Assembly (NCBI GenBank): GCA_963664225.1
Contig: OY760937.1
Span: 4,608,001-4,672,000 of the forward strand
DNA: 64,000 nt
DNA from: Verrucomicrobiia bacterium
GTDB taxonomy: Bacteria > Verrucomicrobiota > Verrucomicrobiia > Limisphaerales > UBA1319
Reading direction: 5' to 3'
Of the stretch, positions 19,116-30,027 are shown one piece after another. How positions within the stretch are numbered: position 1 is the stretch's first letter; the number at the start of each line of letters is the position of its first letter. The notes under the pieces were generated by a model. The model made no database searches and was not told where the DNA came from. It was given only the letters and a program-made list of their open reading frames with translations. The position numbers and the translations under genes are program-made.

Positions 19116-21020
19116 TCATTTTTTGAGCGCCGCGGGTGTGGGTGTGAAATACTTCAAACCCAGGCCCTCCGGCGAGGTGGCGCTGCTGGCCACAATAAAC
19201 GAGAAATATTTGGAGATCTTCTCGAACGGCGGCAGCAACGAGAAATCGAACCAGGTCTTGAGTTCGGTGGCGGCCTGTGCGGCGTCGGCCTTCTTTCCCA
19301 GGGGATTTTCGTTAAAAAGGCGCTCGATGGTGGCGGTGTCTTTCTTCAGGGTCTCAATGGTGGTCCGCATCGTTTCACTCTGGTTTTCGTAAGTGAAAAA
19401 GCCATTGTTCATGCCTCCCACCTTTTGGGCGGCTTCATTCAGCCCGGCTGTCTCCGCGAGGGGCTTGGGCTTGTTCTCGCCGGGTTTCAAATACTCTTCG
19501 AGCAGGGCGGCATCTGTGGACAGGGCCACATAGCCATCCCCGGCGGCGATATGGAGCGTCTTTTCGGGCGGATCGTCGCCATCGGTTTCCCCGTCATGGT
19601 TGGCCGGCAGAGGGATGGAAATGATTTTATGGCCGCTGAAATCCCGTTCCTTGAGGGCATTGGGCGGGATCAGAAGCCCGGTGCCTGATTTCATGGCCTG
19701 GAAAAGCGCTGCGGCGTTCGTGGTGCCGATGAGAGTGATGGTCGGGGGCGAATTCAACGCCGCGAAAGTGAAGTCGCGCGGATTCTTCTGGTAGGAGATG
19801 ATGTCGTCGCCGAGGTTGCCAATGAGGGATTTTTTCAGGTCGAAATTGGCGTCCTTATCCTTGCCCACGGCGTTGAGCCCCATTTGTATCATGTTGGAAA
19901 TCTCGGGGGAAATCTCCATAAGCATCCCTTCGATGGTGGCGAAGGTTTTTTGACCGTCCAGACGACAGCGGCTGAATTTGACGGCGTCCGCGGGGACAAA
20001 GGGCGGAGGACTCGCGCTCTTTGGCTCCATGGTCAGGATTTTCAGGAAACCCTTGCGCTGGGCTTCAGGCGCGCCCACGAAGACTTGAATACTGCTGCCT
20101 TCCGGGGAACCGGTGATACTGGCTGCCGCGGTTTTGATGCCCTCGAGGCCAATGGCGCCGATGACTTTATCGGACTGGGGCATGATGGAGTTGGTCTGAT
20201 TTCCGCCGGTCGCAGCAGCCGCTTTTTTGGTAATCAGGTTGAGGATGGGTTTGAAATTGAGCCAGGTAAAGCCGATGGACTCCTGGAACATGGGCTGGCT
20301 GGAGCGGAATTCGGGCATGTCGGCAAGAACCGGGGAGGTGCCGCCGCTCTGGCGAATGAGGATTTTTTCCAGGTCTTTCGTGTTGTTGGCCACCAGGAGG
20401 AGAGTGTCGGATTGGCCGATGGTCAACTCGACCTTGTTGGTGGCGGAATTATCGTTATCGGTGTCTTTGTCGGCCTGTTTAGCCAGGGCTTTACGCAAGG
20501 TTTTTGAAAGATCGGCTTCCGTGAACGCGATGGTGGTGAATTCGATGTCGCGGATTTTAACGGCTTTAATCTGTTTGCCGGAATCGGCCCAGTTCTTCTT
20601 CAAGGCGGTGAGGTTGGTCTTGAGCAGTTCGGACTTGTCCTGGGTGTCGATGATCAGGGCCAGACCGGGGGCGAAGTCGCCCGTGCCGTCCCAACCGTTC
20701 ATGGTCACGCCCAGAGTGACCTGGCCGCGGAGGAGTTCGGTGTAATCGGCCAGTTTGATATTCAATTCGCGTTCCAGCGGATCGATGAGCTCGGTTTGGA
20801 CGCGGCCCAAGAATTTATCCTTAAAGGCTTTGAGTTCGGGATCGCGCCACAGTTGGCCCTGGGGGGACTCACTGTAAAAGGAGGCACTTTTTGCCCAATT
20901 CGGCGCGGTGAACAAGAGCAGCGTGTCCGAGGGCAGGAGTTGTTCGGCAGGCGGCACGGCAGCGGGGAGGGTGCAGGTGAGCGCCATCCACAAAAACGCC
21001 AGTTTAAGATATGATTTCAT
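19116..21020 (-). CDS. Conserved secreted hypothetical protein (DUF3352-like)
   Basis: Long ORF with signal peptide MKSYLKLAFL...; LLPSDTLL and LPPFEKISKYF. Confidence 0.65.
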   Translation of the reverse strand: MKSYLKLAFLWMALTCTLPAAVPPAEQLLPSDTLLLFTAPNWAKSASFYSESPQGQLWRDPELKAFKDKFLGRVQTELIDPLERELNIKLADYTELLRGQVTLGVTMNGWDGTGDFAPGLALIIDTQDKSELLKTNLTALKKNWADSGKQIKAVKIRDIEFTTIAFTEADLSKTLRKALAKQADKDTDNDNSATNKVELTIGQSDTLLLVANNTKDLEKILIRQSGGTSPVLADMPEFRSSQPMFQESIGFTWLNFKPILNLITKKAAAATGGNQTNSIMPQSDKVIGAIGLEGIKTAAASITGSPEGSSIQVFVGAPEAQRKGFLKILTMEPKSASPPPFVPADAVKFSRCRLDGQKTFATIEGMLMEISPEISNMIQMGLNAVGKDKDANFDLKKSLIGNLGDDIISYQKNPRDFTFAALNSPPTITLIGTTNAAALFQAMKSGTGLLIPPNALKERDFSGHKIISIPLPANHDGETDGDDPPEKTLHIAAGDGYVALSTDAALLEEYLKPGENKPKPLAETAGLNEAAQKVGGMNNGFFTYENQSETMRTTIETLKKDTATIERLFNENPLGKKADAAQAATELKTWFDFSLLPPFEKISKYFSFIVASSATSPEGLGLKYFTPTPAALKK

Positions 21021-21211
21021 GATCGGATCGAAAGTGGGGGGAATCAAACCATGATTTATGCCTGATGGCCACCTTAAAAAAAGGTCCGTGCTGCAACAGG
21101 ATCGGGCGATTCGCAATTCGGGCACAGGACGATAAGCTGTTGCAACAGGGTTGCGGAATGCTCGAAATTACCCCGTTGAATTAAACCGTTTGTCCGTCTA
21201 GGATCGGTGGC

Positions 21212-24200
21212 ATGAACTCGCATTTCTCACCTCTGGCAGCCTCGTGCTCCAAACTCGTGCGTTTGGGAATCGGCTTTTGCGTCGGCGGATTTCTGGGATT
21301 GATCGCTCAGGGTGTTCACGCGGACAATGCAAAGGAAGCGAAGGCTTTGTTTGCCAAACCGACTCGTGAATACAGCTCCGCGCCGCTCTGGGTGTGGAAT
21401 GATCTGCTCACTGAGGACCAGATTCGCAGCACAATGCGGGACATGGCCGGGCAGCAGGTCCGCCAGGTGTTTGTTCATCCCCGCCCCGGTCTGATGACCC
21501 CCTATTTGTCGCCGGATTGGTTTCGGCTGTGGAAGGTGGCCCTGGACGAGGCGCGGCGGCTGGACATGAACGTCTGGATTTACGACGAGAACTCCTATCC
21601 GTCGGGGTTCGCGGGCGGATTTGTTCCCGAGCAAATGCCCGAATCCCGTGGACGCGGACTATCACTCAAAGAATCCGACAAGGCGCCCGACTGGAATGCC
21701 AATGTGGTGTCGGTGTATCGCAACACGGATTCGGGTTTTGAAAACGTGACCGAACAGGCGCGGAAGGGCTCTCTTGATTCCAAGGATCGCTATGTGGTTG
21801 CGTCCGTCATTCGCGCGGGCAATTCGCCCTGGCATGGCAACCGTTGCTACGTCGATCTTCTGTATCCGGGCGTTACCGAGAAATTTCTCGAGATCACGAT
21901 GGGGGCCTACAAGAAGGAGATTGGGAGCGAATTTGGGAAGCGAGTTCCCGGCGTGTTCACCGACGAGCCCAATATCCGGCCTGCGGGTGGATTGCCCTGG
22001 ACGGAAGACCTTCCGCAGCAATTCGAGAAACGCTGGGGTTATCGGCTGACCGATCATCTGCCCAGCCTGGCGCAGCCTGTTGGAGATTGGCGTCGCGTGC
22101 GTCACAATTATTTTCAACTGCTCTCTGAGCTTTACGCGGAACGTTGGGGAAAACCGTACCACGACTATTGCGCGACCAATCGCCTGGAATTCACCGGACA
22201 CTATTGGGATCACGAATGGCCCAATTGCCTGGGCGTTCCCGATAACATGGCCATGTATGCCTGGCATCAGCGGCCCGCCATTGACATCCTGATGAACCAA
22301 TACCAGGAGAACACCCACGCGCAATTTGGCAATGCCCGCATCCCGAGGGAACTCTCCAGTGTCGCGAATCAACTGGGTCTGCCCCGGACCTTGTGCGAGG
22401 CCTACGGCGCGGGCGGCTGGGATTTGCGTTTCGAGGACATGAAGCGGATTGCCGACTGGCTGTATGTGCTGGGTGTGAACACGATGGACCAGCACCTCTC
22501 CTACATCACGCTGCGCGGCGCGCGCAAACGCGACCATCCCCAGTCCTTCTCCTATCACGAGCCCTGGTGGCCGGCCTATCACATTGAGGGCCGCTACATC
22601 GAACGCCTCACGGCCGCCATGACGCGCGGGCAGCAGGTCAATGCCGCGCTGGTCATCGAGCCCACCACCACCGCCTGGATGCACAACACCGAGGCGGGCA
22701 CGTCCCGGCTCAACGAGGTGGGGAATGGATTTTTCCAACTCCTGATGGACCTTGAAAAAAGCCAGGTGGAATACGACCTGGGCTGTGAGGAAATCATGAA
22801 GAATCACGGTTCGGTTCAGGCAGCCGGACTGGTGGTGGGCCAGCGTCATTACGGCGTGGTGGTGATCCCTGCCGAGTGTGAAAATCTCAACGGCGCCACC
22901 ATGGAACTCATCGAGAAACACCTGGCCGCCGGGGGCAGGGTGCTCGCTTGCGGCGCGACTCCCGCATTTGTGGATGGCGCGCCCTCCAGGCGTCCGGAGC
23001 AGGCCTCGACTCGCGCGGGCTGGCAAAAGCTGGCCCCGGCAACGGTGGTGAGTTCGCTCTTGAAAGATCAGGCGCAGGCCGGTTTTGCCATTCAGCGTGC
23101 TGAGGGGGACGAGGGCATTTTCTTTCATCACCGCAGGCAGTTGGAGGATGGCCAGTTGTTATTCCTCGCCAATACCAGCATCGAAAAAGAGTCGAGCGGA
23201 ACCATTGAAGTCGGCGGCATTGCGGGCGTTGAGGAATGGGATCTGCAAACAGGCAATCCGCGTCCCTATGCCTTTACAGTCGATTCAGGCACGGCGCGAT
23301 GCAGCTTCAAGATTCCCCCTGCGGGAAGCCTGTTATTGTTCCTCTCAAAGAAGGCCATGACGCCACCGCCCATTGTCGGCGCACCTGTGCTGACCACCAT
23401 TCAACCGGTGGGTGCGCCTCAAATTCTGCGCAAAGAACCCAACGTGCTGGTGATCGATTTCATGGATGTCCGCGTCGGAAGCGATTCGGTTACGAACACC
23501 TATTTCTATCGCGCCAATCAGTTCGCCTTCCGGAAAAACGGCATGGAACGCAATCCGTGGGACAGCGCGGTTCAATTCAAGGACGAGTTCCTTTCCAGGA
23601 AGTTCGCGCCCGACAGCGGTCTCGAGGCGGCGTATCGCTTCACCATCGCCGGGGACGTTCCTGCCAATCTGTCCGTCGTGATCGAGAAGCCCGACCTCTA
23701 CCGGATCGAATGCAACGGCACTCCAATCACTCCCAAGAAGGGGGTATGGTGGCTGGACAAGGCGTTTGGTCAGATCGAGATTGCGAAACTCGTGCATGCG
23801 GGTGAAAACGTCATCACGCTCAAGGCCGCGCCCTTCACCATTTATCACGAGCTGGAACCCATTTACGTTCTTGGCGATTTCTCGCTCAAGCCCGTGGATA
23901 AGGGCTTTGTCATCGCGCCTGAAACAGGCCTGTCCATTGCGAAATCCACGGTGGACCCCGTGCATGAGAACGCGCCCAACGGCACCATGTGGTTGAGCTG
24001 CGGAATAGGTTTTGGAACCGATGCGGACGACGATCGCGCGCCGAGCCTGGTGTTTGATTTGGGCCGGGAGACGGATCTGACTGCGGTGAAAATATGGAAT
24101 TACAATGAAAGCAATGTGCGCGACCTGACGTCACGCGGTGCAAATCGTGTGCGTTTGCTGGCGTTGGAGACATCCGAAGAAAGCAGCAAGGCAAGATCCA

Positions 24201-24907
24201 TGGGAGAGTTCGATCTGGCCAAGGCGACAGGAAACACTCCGGGCCAGCTCCTCAAAACCGCGGTTCAAAAGGTGCGTTACCTGAAGATGGAAATACTGGG
24301 CAATCACAACGGCGTTGTGTTTCCCGCCAAGGACACGCCGCCGGATAATGGTTTCGTGGGTCTTGCCGAAGTGCGCTTCATCGATGCCCAAGGCGAACCG
24401 GTCAAGGGCGTTGCCATCAAGCACGTTTCGAGCGAACTGTCCTCAATGGATCGCAAGGCCGAGTATCTGGTCAATGGACGTGGGTTGGCCGGAGTGCGTT
24501 CCGGCTGGAACTCACAAGGCCATCCTTTCTACAGCGCGGGAGTCATTTACCGTGAGAAATTTGAAATCCAGAAACCAAAGGGAGAATATCGCGTATTTCT
24601 GCCGAATTGGTACGGAAGCGTGGCGGAGGTGCGGGTCAATGGCAAGGCTGCGGGCTATATCGCCCATGCGCCGTGGGAATGCGACGTGACCCGTCAACTC
24701 AAGTCCGGCACAAATACCGTGGAAGTAGTGGTCATTGGCACGCTCAAGAACACCCTGGGGCCGCACCATGCGGGTTCCGGCGTGGGTTCTGCCTGGCCCG
24801 GAATGTTCCAGCAGGGGCCGGAAATGGGGCCGCCCGCCGGCGATCAATACGCCACCGTGGGCTACGGATTATTCGAACCGTTCGTGCTGCGGCAGGTGGC
24901 GCGTTAA
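21212..24907 (+). CDS. Glycoside hydrolase, GH106/alpha-L-rhamnosidase-like, with inserted discoidin-like domain
   Basis: APLWVWND, WIYDENSYPSGFAGG, FTDEP, LCEAYGAGGW; C-terminal beta-sandwich (FYSAG...AEVRVNG). Confidence 0.8.
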   Translation: MNSHFSPLAASCSKLVRLGIGFCVGGFLGLIAQGVHADNAKEAKALFAKPTREYSSAPLWVWNDLLTEDQIRSTMRDMAGQQVRQVFVHPRPGLMTPYLSPDWFRLWKVALDEARRLDMNVWIYDENSYPSGFAGGFVPEQMPESRGRGLSLKESDKAPDWNANVVSVYRNTDSGFENVTEQARKGSLDSKDRYVVASVIRAGNSPWHGNRCYVDLLYPGVTEKFLEITMGAYKKEIGSEFGKRVPGVFTDEPNIRPAGGLPWTEDLPQQFEKRWGYRLTDHLPSLAQPVGDWRRVRHNYFQLLSELYAERWGKPYHDYCATNRLEFTGHYWDHEWPNCLGVPDNMAMYAWHQRPAIDILMNQYQENTHAQFGNARIPRELSSVANQLGLPRTLCEAYGAGGWDLRFEDMKRIADWLYVLGVNTMDQHLSYITLRGARKRDHPQSFSYHEPWWPAYHIEGRYIERLTAAMTRGQQVNAALVIEPTTTAWMHNTEAGTSRLNEVGNGFFQLLMDLEKSQVEYDLGCEEIMKNHGSVQAAGLVVGQRHYGVVVIPAECENLNGATMELIEKHLAAGGRVLACGATPAFVDGAPSRRPEQASTRAGWQKLAPATVVSSLLKDQAQAGFAIQRAEGDEGIFFHHRRQLEDGQLLFLANTSIEKESSGTIEVGGIAGVEEWDLQTGNPRPYAFTVDSGTARCSFKIPPAGSLLLFLSKKAMTPPPIVGAPVLTTIQPVGAPQILRKEPNVLVIDFMDVRVGSDSVTNTYFYRANQFAFRKNGMERNPWDSAVQFKDEFLSRKFAPDSGLEAAYRFTIAGDVPANLSVVIEKPDLYRIECNGTPITPKKGVWWLDKAFGQIEIAKLVHAGENVITLKAAPFTIYHELEPIYVLGDFSLKPVDKGFVIAPETGLSIAKSTVDPVHENAPNGTMWLSCGIGFGTDADDDRAPSLVFDLGRETDLTAVKIWNYNESNVRDLTSRGANRVRLLALETSEESSKARSMGEFDLAKATGNTPGQLLKTAVQKVRYLKMEILGNHNGVVFPAKDTPPDNGFVGLAEVRFIDAQGEPVKGVAIKHVSSELSSMDRKAEYLVNGRGLAGVRSGWNSQGHPFYSAGVIYREKFEIQKPKGEYRVFLPNWYGSVAEVRVNGKAAGYIAHAPWECDVTRQLKSGTNTVEVVVIGTLKNTLGPHHAGSGVGSAWPGMFQQGPEMGPPAGDQYATVGYGLFEPFVLRQVAR

Positions 24908-24914
24908 TGGGGCG

Positions 24915-25628
24915 TCAGCGGTCCGAGTGGAACACGCTTTCAAGGATGACTTCCTTGATTTTCCAGAGCATGGCCATGGTCATGGCCACGGGCAGGAGAA
25001 TCAGGAAGATCATCAACCAGAGCAGGCCGCGCGTGAGCATGAACTCCAGCCGTGCGGCCAGGTGAGGCGCGATATCGAGATTCAGGATCGAAAACCCCGC
25101 GACGAAACATCCTGCCGCCACGAGCAGAATGATCATGTTCAAGGTGGAGAAAAGATGCGTCTCATGGCGCAGGGTGGCGTCGGGCAGCATGGACGTCAAC
25201 CGCTTGAGCACGTTGTTCAGATCGTATAGAAAGAACAAGGCCGAGAGGATCAGAACACCCGAGCCGCAGGCGAAATACAACACGCGCGGGGCTTGATACC
25301 ACCAGTACAAAAACGGCGACAGGCCGATATTGATGATTCCGAGCAATTTGGTGCGATCCAGAGCGGATGTCCAGATGCGTTCGCCGGGCTGGAAACGGCC
25401 CATTTCCCAGAGGCCGAAGAGCAAAAGCCCGTTGGCCACCAGCAGCGGCAGAAAACCATAGTGCCGGAGCCAGTCGGAACGCGCTGTTTGCACGCTGACG
25501 ACCAGGGCAATGGGCAGACCCCAAAAAAGCGCGGAAAGCCCCCGCACCAATCGGCCCAGGGACTTTATCAGCGTGGGATGATCCGTTTCGCCGGACATCC
25601 CCTGACTTTGAATTGTGTCAGCCTCCAA
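24915..25628 (-). CDS. Hypothetical membrane protein
   Basis: About 6 hydrophobic segments; overlaps the speA stop. Confidence 0.7.
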   Translation of the reverse strand: MEADTIQSQGMSGETDHPTLIKSLGRLVRGLSALFWGLPIALVVSVQTARSDWLRHYGFLPLLVANGLLLFGLWEMGRFQPGERIWTSALDRTKLLGIINIGLSPFLYWWYQAPRVLYFACGSGVLILSALFFLYDLNNVLKRLTSMLPDATLRHETHLFSTLNMIILLVAAGCFVAGFSILNLDIAPHLAARLEFMLTRGLLWLMIFLILLPVAMTMAMLWKIKEVILESVFHSDR

Positions 25629-27561
25629 AAGTCAAATAGGTGTAATCCTTTAAACCGCGTTCGTAATCGTCGAGCAGACGCATGGCCTCAGAAGGTTTCA
25701 AGCGATCGGACTTGATGGCTTCATCCACCTGGGCCTTCATCAGGCGTTTAAGCTCGTTTTCGTCATATTGCACCGCGGCCAGAGCCTGGCCGATGGTGTT
25801 GCCTTCAATGACTTCCTCGACATAATAGCCCGCCGGTTCATCCGGATCCAAAAAGACATGCACTTCGTTGACCCGGCCGAAAAGATTGTGGAGATCGCCC
25901 ATGATGTCCTGATAAGCGCCCACAAGGAAAATGCCAAGGCAATAGGGTTCAGGCCCGTGACCGTTGCCGATGAGCGGATGCAGAGGCAGGGTGTCCTTCA
26001 CATCGCGCAAATCGATGAATTTGCTGATCTGGCCATCGGAATCGCACGTGATATCCACCAGAGTCGTATCATGAGTCGGCTTTTCGTTGAGCCGATGAAT
26101 GGGCATGATGGGGAATAACTGGCCCAGGGCCCAATGATCGAGCAGGGATTGGAACACGGAGAAATTGCACAGATACTGATCGCACAGGCTGTCTTCGATC
26201 TTGCGAATCTCTTCCGGTATGTAGGCCTGTCCCTTGAAACTGGCAACGACTCCCTGGCAAATCTCCCAATACAGATTCTCGATTTTTGCCTTATCCACCA
26301 GATTCAGCAATCCAAGCATGAACATGTTTTGCGCGTCTTCGCGGCGCTCGGTGGCGTCATGGCAGGCCTCGAGCTTGTTCAGCTTCGCGAGATTATCCCG
26401 AATCTCCAGCAACTCCTTCACCAGCGCATGCTCTTCCGCTCCATATTTCAATGACGTTTCGGGACGCGTTTTGGCGATGGAACCAAACACATCCATGATC
26501 AACACGCTGTGGTGGGCCACAATGGCGCGACCGCTTTCGCTAACGATGGTGGGATGTGGAACCTTTTCGGCGTTACAGACATCGGCAATGTAATAAACGA
26601 TGTCGTTCGTATATTCCTGGAGGGTATAATTGATCGAACTGTCAAAGGCCGAACGACTCCCGTCGTAATCGACCCCCAGGCCGCCTCCCACATCCAGATA
26701 TTCGATGGCAAACCCCATCTGGTAGAGTTTGGAGTAAAAACGGGTGGCTTCCTGAACCGCCTTTTTGACGGTGAGAATGTCCGGTACCTGCGAACCGATG
26801 TGGAAATGCAGCAGCTTGAAATTGGCGGTCAGGTTCTCCGCTTTGAGCAATTCGGTGGCCTCGATGATTTCGGCGGTCGTCAGTCCGAATTTGGCGTTTT
26901 CGCCGCCGCTTTCGGCCCATTTTCCGCTGGCCTTGGTCCACAACCGGGCGCGAATGCCGATCAGCGGTTCCACTCCCATTTGACGTGAGACGGCGATGAT
27001 CTGGCGCAATTCCTCAAGTTTTTCAATGACCAGGATCGTTTTCTTGCCCAACTTGATCCCCAAGAGCGCCATTTTAATGAAGTCCGGGTCCTTGTAGCCG
27101 TTGCAAATGATCAGGGATCCAGCATCCGGTTGCATGGCAAGGCTGGCGAACATCTCGGGCTTGCTGCCAACCTCCAGGCCCATTTCGAAGGGCTTTCCGG
27201 CTTCGAGAATTTCCTCCACCACCTCGCGCAATTGGTTCACTTTTACTGGGAACACCCCGCGGTAGCGGCCTTTATAGTTGAACTGCTCGATGGAGTTGCG
27301 GAACGCCAGGTTGATGGTCTGGACGCGATGGCGCAAAATATCCTGGAAGCGAATGAGCAAAGGGAACTTCAATCCGCGGCCCCTGGCCTCCTCGACGACG
27401 TCATTTAGATCCACGGACGCGCCGGCCTCCTGCAATGGGAGAGCCACAACATGGCCCTCCTCGTTGATATCAAAATAATTGGCGCCCCAGCGATCTATGT
27501 TATAGAGGCTGCGCGCGGCCTGTGTGTTCCAAGGTGTGACCTCAGTGGCTGAAATACTCAT
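25618..27561 (-). CDS. speA: Biosynthetic arginine decarboxylase
   Basis: FPVKVNQ, LEVGSKPE, HFHIGSQ, DITCDSDG, GAYQDIMGDLHNLFG; start approximate. Confidence 0.96.
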   Translation of the reverse strand: MSISATEVTPWNTQAARSLYNIDRWGANYFDINEEGHVVALPLQEAGASVDLNDVVEEARGRGLKFPLLIRFQDILRHRVQTINLAFRNSIEQFNYKGRYRGVFPVKVNQLREVVEEILEAGKPFEMGLEVGSKPEMFASLAMQPDAGSLIICNGYKDPDFIKMALLGIKLGKKTILVIEKLEELRQIIAVSRQMGVEPLIGIRARLWTKASGKWAESGGENAKFGLTTAEIIEATELLKAENLTANFKLLHFHIGSQVPDILTVKKAVQEATRFYSKLYQMGFAIEYLDVGGGLGVDYDGSRSAFDSSINYTLQEYTNDIVYYIADVCNAEKVPHPTIVSESGRAIVAHHSVLIMDVFGSIAKTRPETSLKYGAEEHALVKELLEIRDNLAKLNKLEACHDATERREDAQNMFMLGLLNLVDKAKIENLYWEICQGVVASFKGQAYIPEEIRKIEDSLCDQYLCNFSVFQSLLDHWALGQLFPIMPIHRLNEKPTHDTTLVDITCDSDGQISKFIDLRDVKDTLPLHPLIGNGHGPEPYCLGIFLVGAYQDIMGDLHNLFGRVNEVHVFLDPDEPAGYYVEEVIEGNTIGQALAAVQYDENELKRLMKAQVDEAIKSDRLKPSEAMRLLDDYERGLKDYTYLTFGG

Positions 27562-27809
27562 TTCCGAAATATTCAAATTGTGCGCACTATAAGAAGCCCA
27601 CCCCAGAATTCAATAGGTAGTATCAAAATTCTTTTTGGGCGATTTTGTCAAAAACCAGTGCGGAGAGGTCGATTGGCACATAAAGTGGCCGCCCGGGATA
27701 AAAAGTTGCTGGGATTTACGCCTGTTTTTGCATAGCGTTCCGAGCCGCATCGGGGCGTGGACGTGCATCGTGCCACGGATTGGCCGCCGACTCAAAAACT
27801 AAAGGTCTG

Positions 27810-28700
27810 ATGTTTGCTTTGATTCAACTTGTTAAGAAATGGGGGGAATTTGTGAAATTCTCCCATACGGTGTTTGCACTGCCTTTTGCCATTGCCGCAA
27901 TGGTGGTGGCGTCGCGCGATAACCGTGGCTGGCCCGGTTGGCGCACTTGCGCCTTGATTCTCATGGCGATGGTCTGCGCGCGCACCTGCGCCATGGCCTT
28001 CAACCGGATCGTCGATCGCAAATTCGACGCCGCCAATCCCCGGACCGCCATGCGGCATCTGCCTTCCGGCCAGGTATCGCTCTTGAGCGCCTGCATATTG
28101 TGGCTTCTCAGCGGCGCCGGTCTGGTGCTGGCGGCTTACCTGCTCAATACGGTTTGTTTTTACCTTTCGCCGGTGGCTCTGGCGGTCGTCTGCTTTTACT
28201 CGCTCACCAAGCGGTTCACCGATTACACGCACGTGTATTTGGGCATATCACTGGCACTGGCGCCTTTGGGGGCCTGGCTCGCGGTGCGTGGCACGCTCAG
28301 CCTGAGCGTCGTGGTCCTGGCGGTCGCGGTGGTTTTCTGGTTGATCGGCTTCGACATCATTTACGCCATTCAGGATTACGAATTCGACCAGAAATACAAG
28401 CTCCACAGCCTGGTGGTGGCCTGGGGGGTGGATAATGCGCTCAAAGCCGCGTTCCTGGCGCACATGCTCATGTGGGGATTGCTGCTGGCGTTCGGTTTGC
28501 TTTCACACTTTCGCGTGGCATACTTGTTTGGCCTGTTGATCATCCTGGCGAGCCTCGTGTTCGAGCACTGGCTGGCGCGGCGTCGCAGTTTGAAATGGAT
28601 CAACGTGGCCTTTTTCCGGCTGAACGCGGTCATCAGTGTGGTGTATATGGTGGTCACCATCAGCGAAGTCGTGTTCCCCGGATTCCGTATCACACAATGA
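27810..28700 (+). CDS. UbiA-family prenyltransferase (MqnP-like)
   Basis: VKFSHTVFALPF, NRIVDRKFDAANPRT, GFDIIYAIQDYEFD; adjacent to mqnE. Confidence 0.9.
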   Translation: MFALIQLVKKWGEFVKFSHTVFALPFAIAAMVVASRDNRGWPGWRTCALILMAMVCARTCAMAFNRIVDRKFDAANPRTAMRHLPSGQVSLLSACILWLLSGAGLVLAAYLLNTVCFYLSPVALAVVCFYSLTKRFTDYTHVYLGISLALAPLGAWLAVRGTLSLSVVVLAVAVVFWLIGFDIIYAIQDYEFDQKYKLHSLVVAWGVDNALKAAFLAHMLMWGLLLAFGLLSHFRVAYLFGLLIILASLVFEHWLARRRSLKWINVAFFRLNAVISVVYMVVTISEVVFPGFRITQ

Positions 28701-29821
28701 ACCATTTATTGTCACATTCGGATCTGGGTGATCTGCATGAGAAAGTCGTTGCGGGGGAGCGCATTAACGATGCAGACGCGTTGCGTTTGCTCGAGTGCAA
28801 GGACATCAACGCCGTGGGCGCGCTCGCGGACCTCGTCAACCGCCGCAAAAACAATGGCCGCGCCTCCTATATCGTTAATCGCTACATCAATTACTCCAAT
28901 TACTGCATCCTGAGCTGCCAGTTTTGCGCCTTCGCCAGGAAAAAGCGGGATGCGGATGGTTTCCAGTATTCCGTGCCGGAAATGGTGGAGATGGCGCGCC
29001 AGGCCCTCGAAATCGGCATCACAGAACTCCATATTGTGGGCGGTTTGCACCCGTCGCTGCCCTTTTCCTACTACACGGGTATGTTGCGTGCCTTGAAGGA
29101 CTTGGATGCGCGGCTTCAGCTCAAGTGTTTTACCGCCATTGAAATCCTGCACCTGGCCTGGTTATCGCGGCAAACCACTCAGGAGACGTTGGTTGCGCTG
29201 CGCGAAAGTGGCCTGGATTCTCTGACTGGCGGTGGGGCGGAAATCTTCCGGCCGGAAGTGCGCCGGGCCATCGCCAAGGGCAAGGAATCCGCTGCGGAAT
29301 ACCTTGATGTTCATCGCATTTGGCATCGACTGGGGGGGCGCAGCACCTGCACCATGCTCTACGGACATGTCGAGTCGCTGACGGATCGCGTGGACCATCT
29401 GCGGCAACTGCGTGCGCTGCAGGATGAAACGCATGGATTTGTCGGGTTCGTTCCTCTGGCATACCATCCGGAAAACAACCAGATTCCGGTGCGGCACGCG
29501 CCCACAGGGGCCGATTCTCTGCGCACTATTGCATTGAGCCGCATATACTTGGACAACTTCGATCACATCACCGCCTATTGGGTGGGGCTTGGGGTCAAAT
29601 TGGCGCAACTGGCTCTGAGCTATGGCGCGGACGATTTGCATGGGACCATCGTCGAGGAGAAGATTTTTCACATGGCCGGTGCGGTCACCCCGCAGACCCA
29701 ATCCGCTCAGGGAATGATTCATGCCATCCAGGAAGCGGGGTTCAAACCGGTGCAGCGCAACACGTTTTATGAGCCGGTCGGTGGTGAGACTCCGCGTTTG
29801 CAGGTCGTGGGCGTCCATTAA
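28697..29821 (+). CDS. mqnE: Aminofutalosine synthase (radical SAM)
   Basis: NYSNYCILSCQFC (CxxxCxxC), ELHIVGGLHP, TMLYGHVE, LRALQDET, SYGADDLHGT. Confidence 0.88.
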   Translation: MNHLLSHSDLGDLHEKVVAGERINDADALRLLECKDINAVGALADLVNRRKNNGRASYIVNRYINYSNYCILSCQFCAFARKKRDADGFQYSVPEMVEMARQALEIGITELHIVGGLHPSLPFSYYTGMLRALKDLDARLQLKCFTAIEILHLAWLSRQTTQETLVALRESGLDSLTGGGAEIFRPEVRRAIAKGKESAAEYLDVHRIWHRLGGRSTCTMLYGHVESLTDRVDHLRQLRALQDETHGFVGFVPLAYHPENNQIPVRHAPTGADSLRTIALSRIYLDNFDHITAYWVGLGVKLAQLALSYGADDLHGTIVEEKIFHMAGAVTPQTQSAQGMIHAIQEAGFKPVQRNTFYEPVGGETPRLQVVGVH

Positions 29822-29866
29822 TGGATTGGCTCTGGCGCTCCGGACAAGATTCTTCCGCAATGGGGA

Positions 29867-29972
29867 GACGCCGCCCAGGACATGGCCTTTTCAAGTGATC
29901 GACCGCGAGGAGGGGATTTTTGCGTTCAACCGGTTGACCACCGGTTGACTGCGGTTGACTGCGGTTGAACGG
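29867..29972 (+). repeat. ~100-bp direct repeat, left copy (contains TCAACCGGTTGA palindrome and four CGGTTGA motifs)
   Basis: Aligns by eye with 35215-35310 (e.g. ttgcgttcaaccggttgaccac.ggttgactgc). Confidence 0.85.
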
Positions 29973-30027
29973 GAAATTGGGTGACAGATCGATTAGGACG
30001 TCAGGTTTCAAACGCGACAAGACAGCC

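Noticed and set aside
21662..23131. 489-aa minus-strand ORF
   Set aside because: Antisense shadow of the glycoside hydrolase
28697..29821. Radical SAM enzyme as maturase for the RiPP-like peptide or the array
   Set aside because: Motifs and the neighbouring prenyltransferase identify it as menaquinone-pathway MqnE
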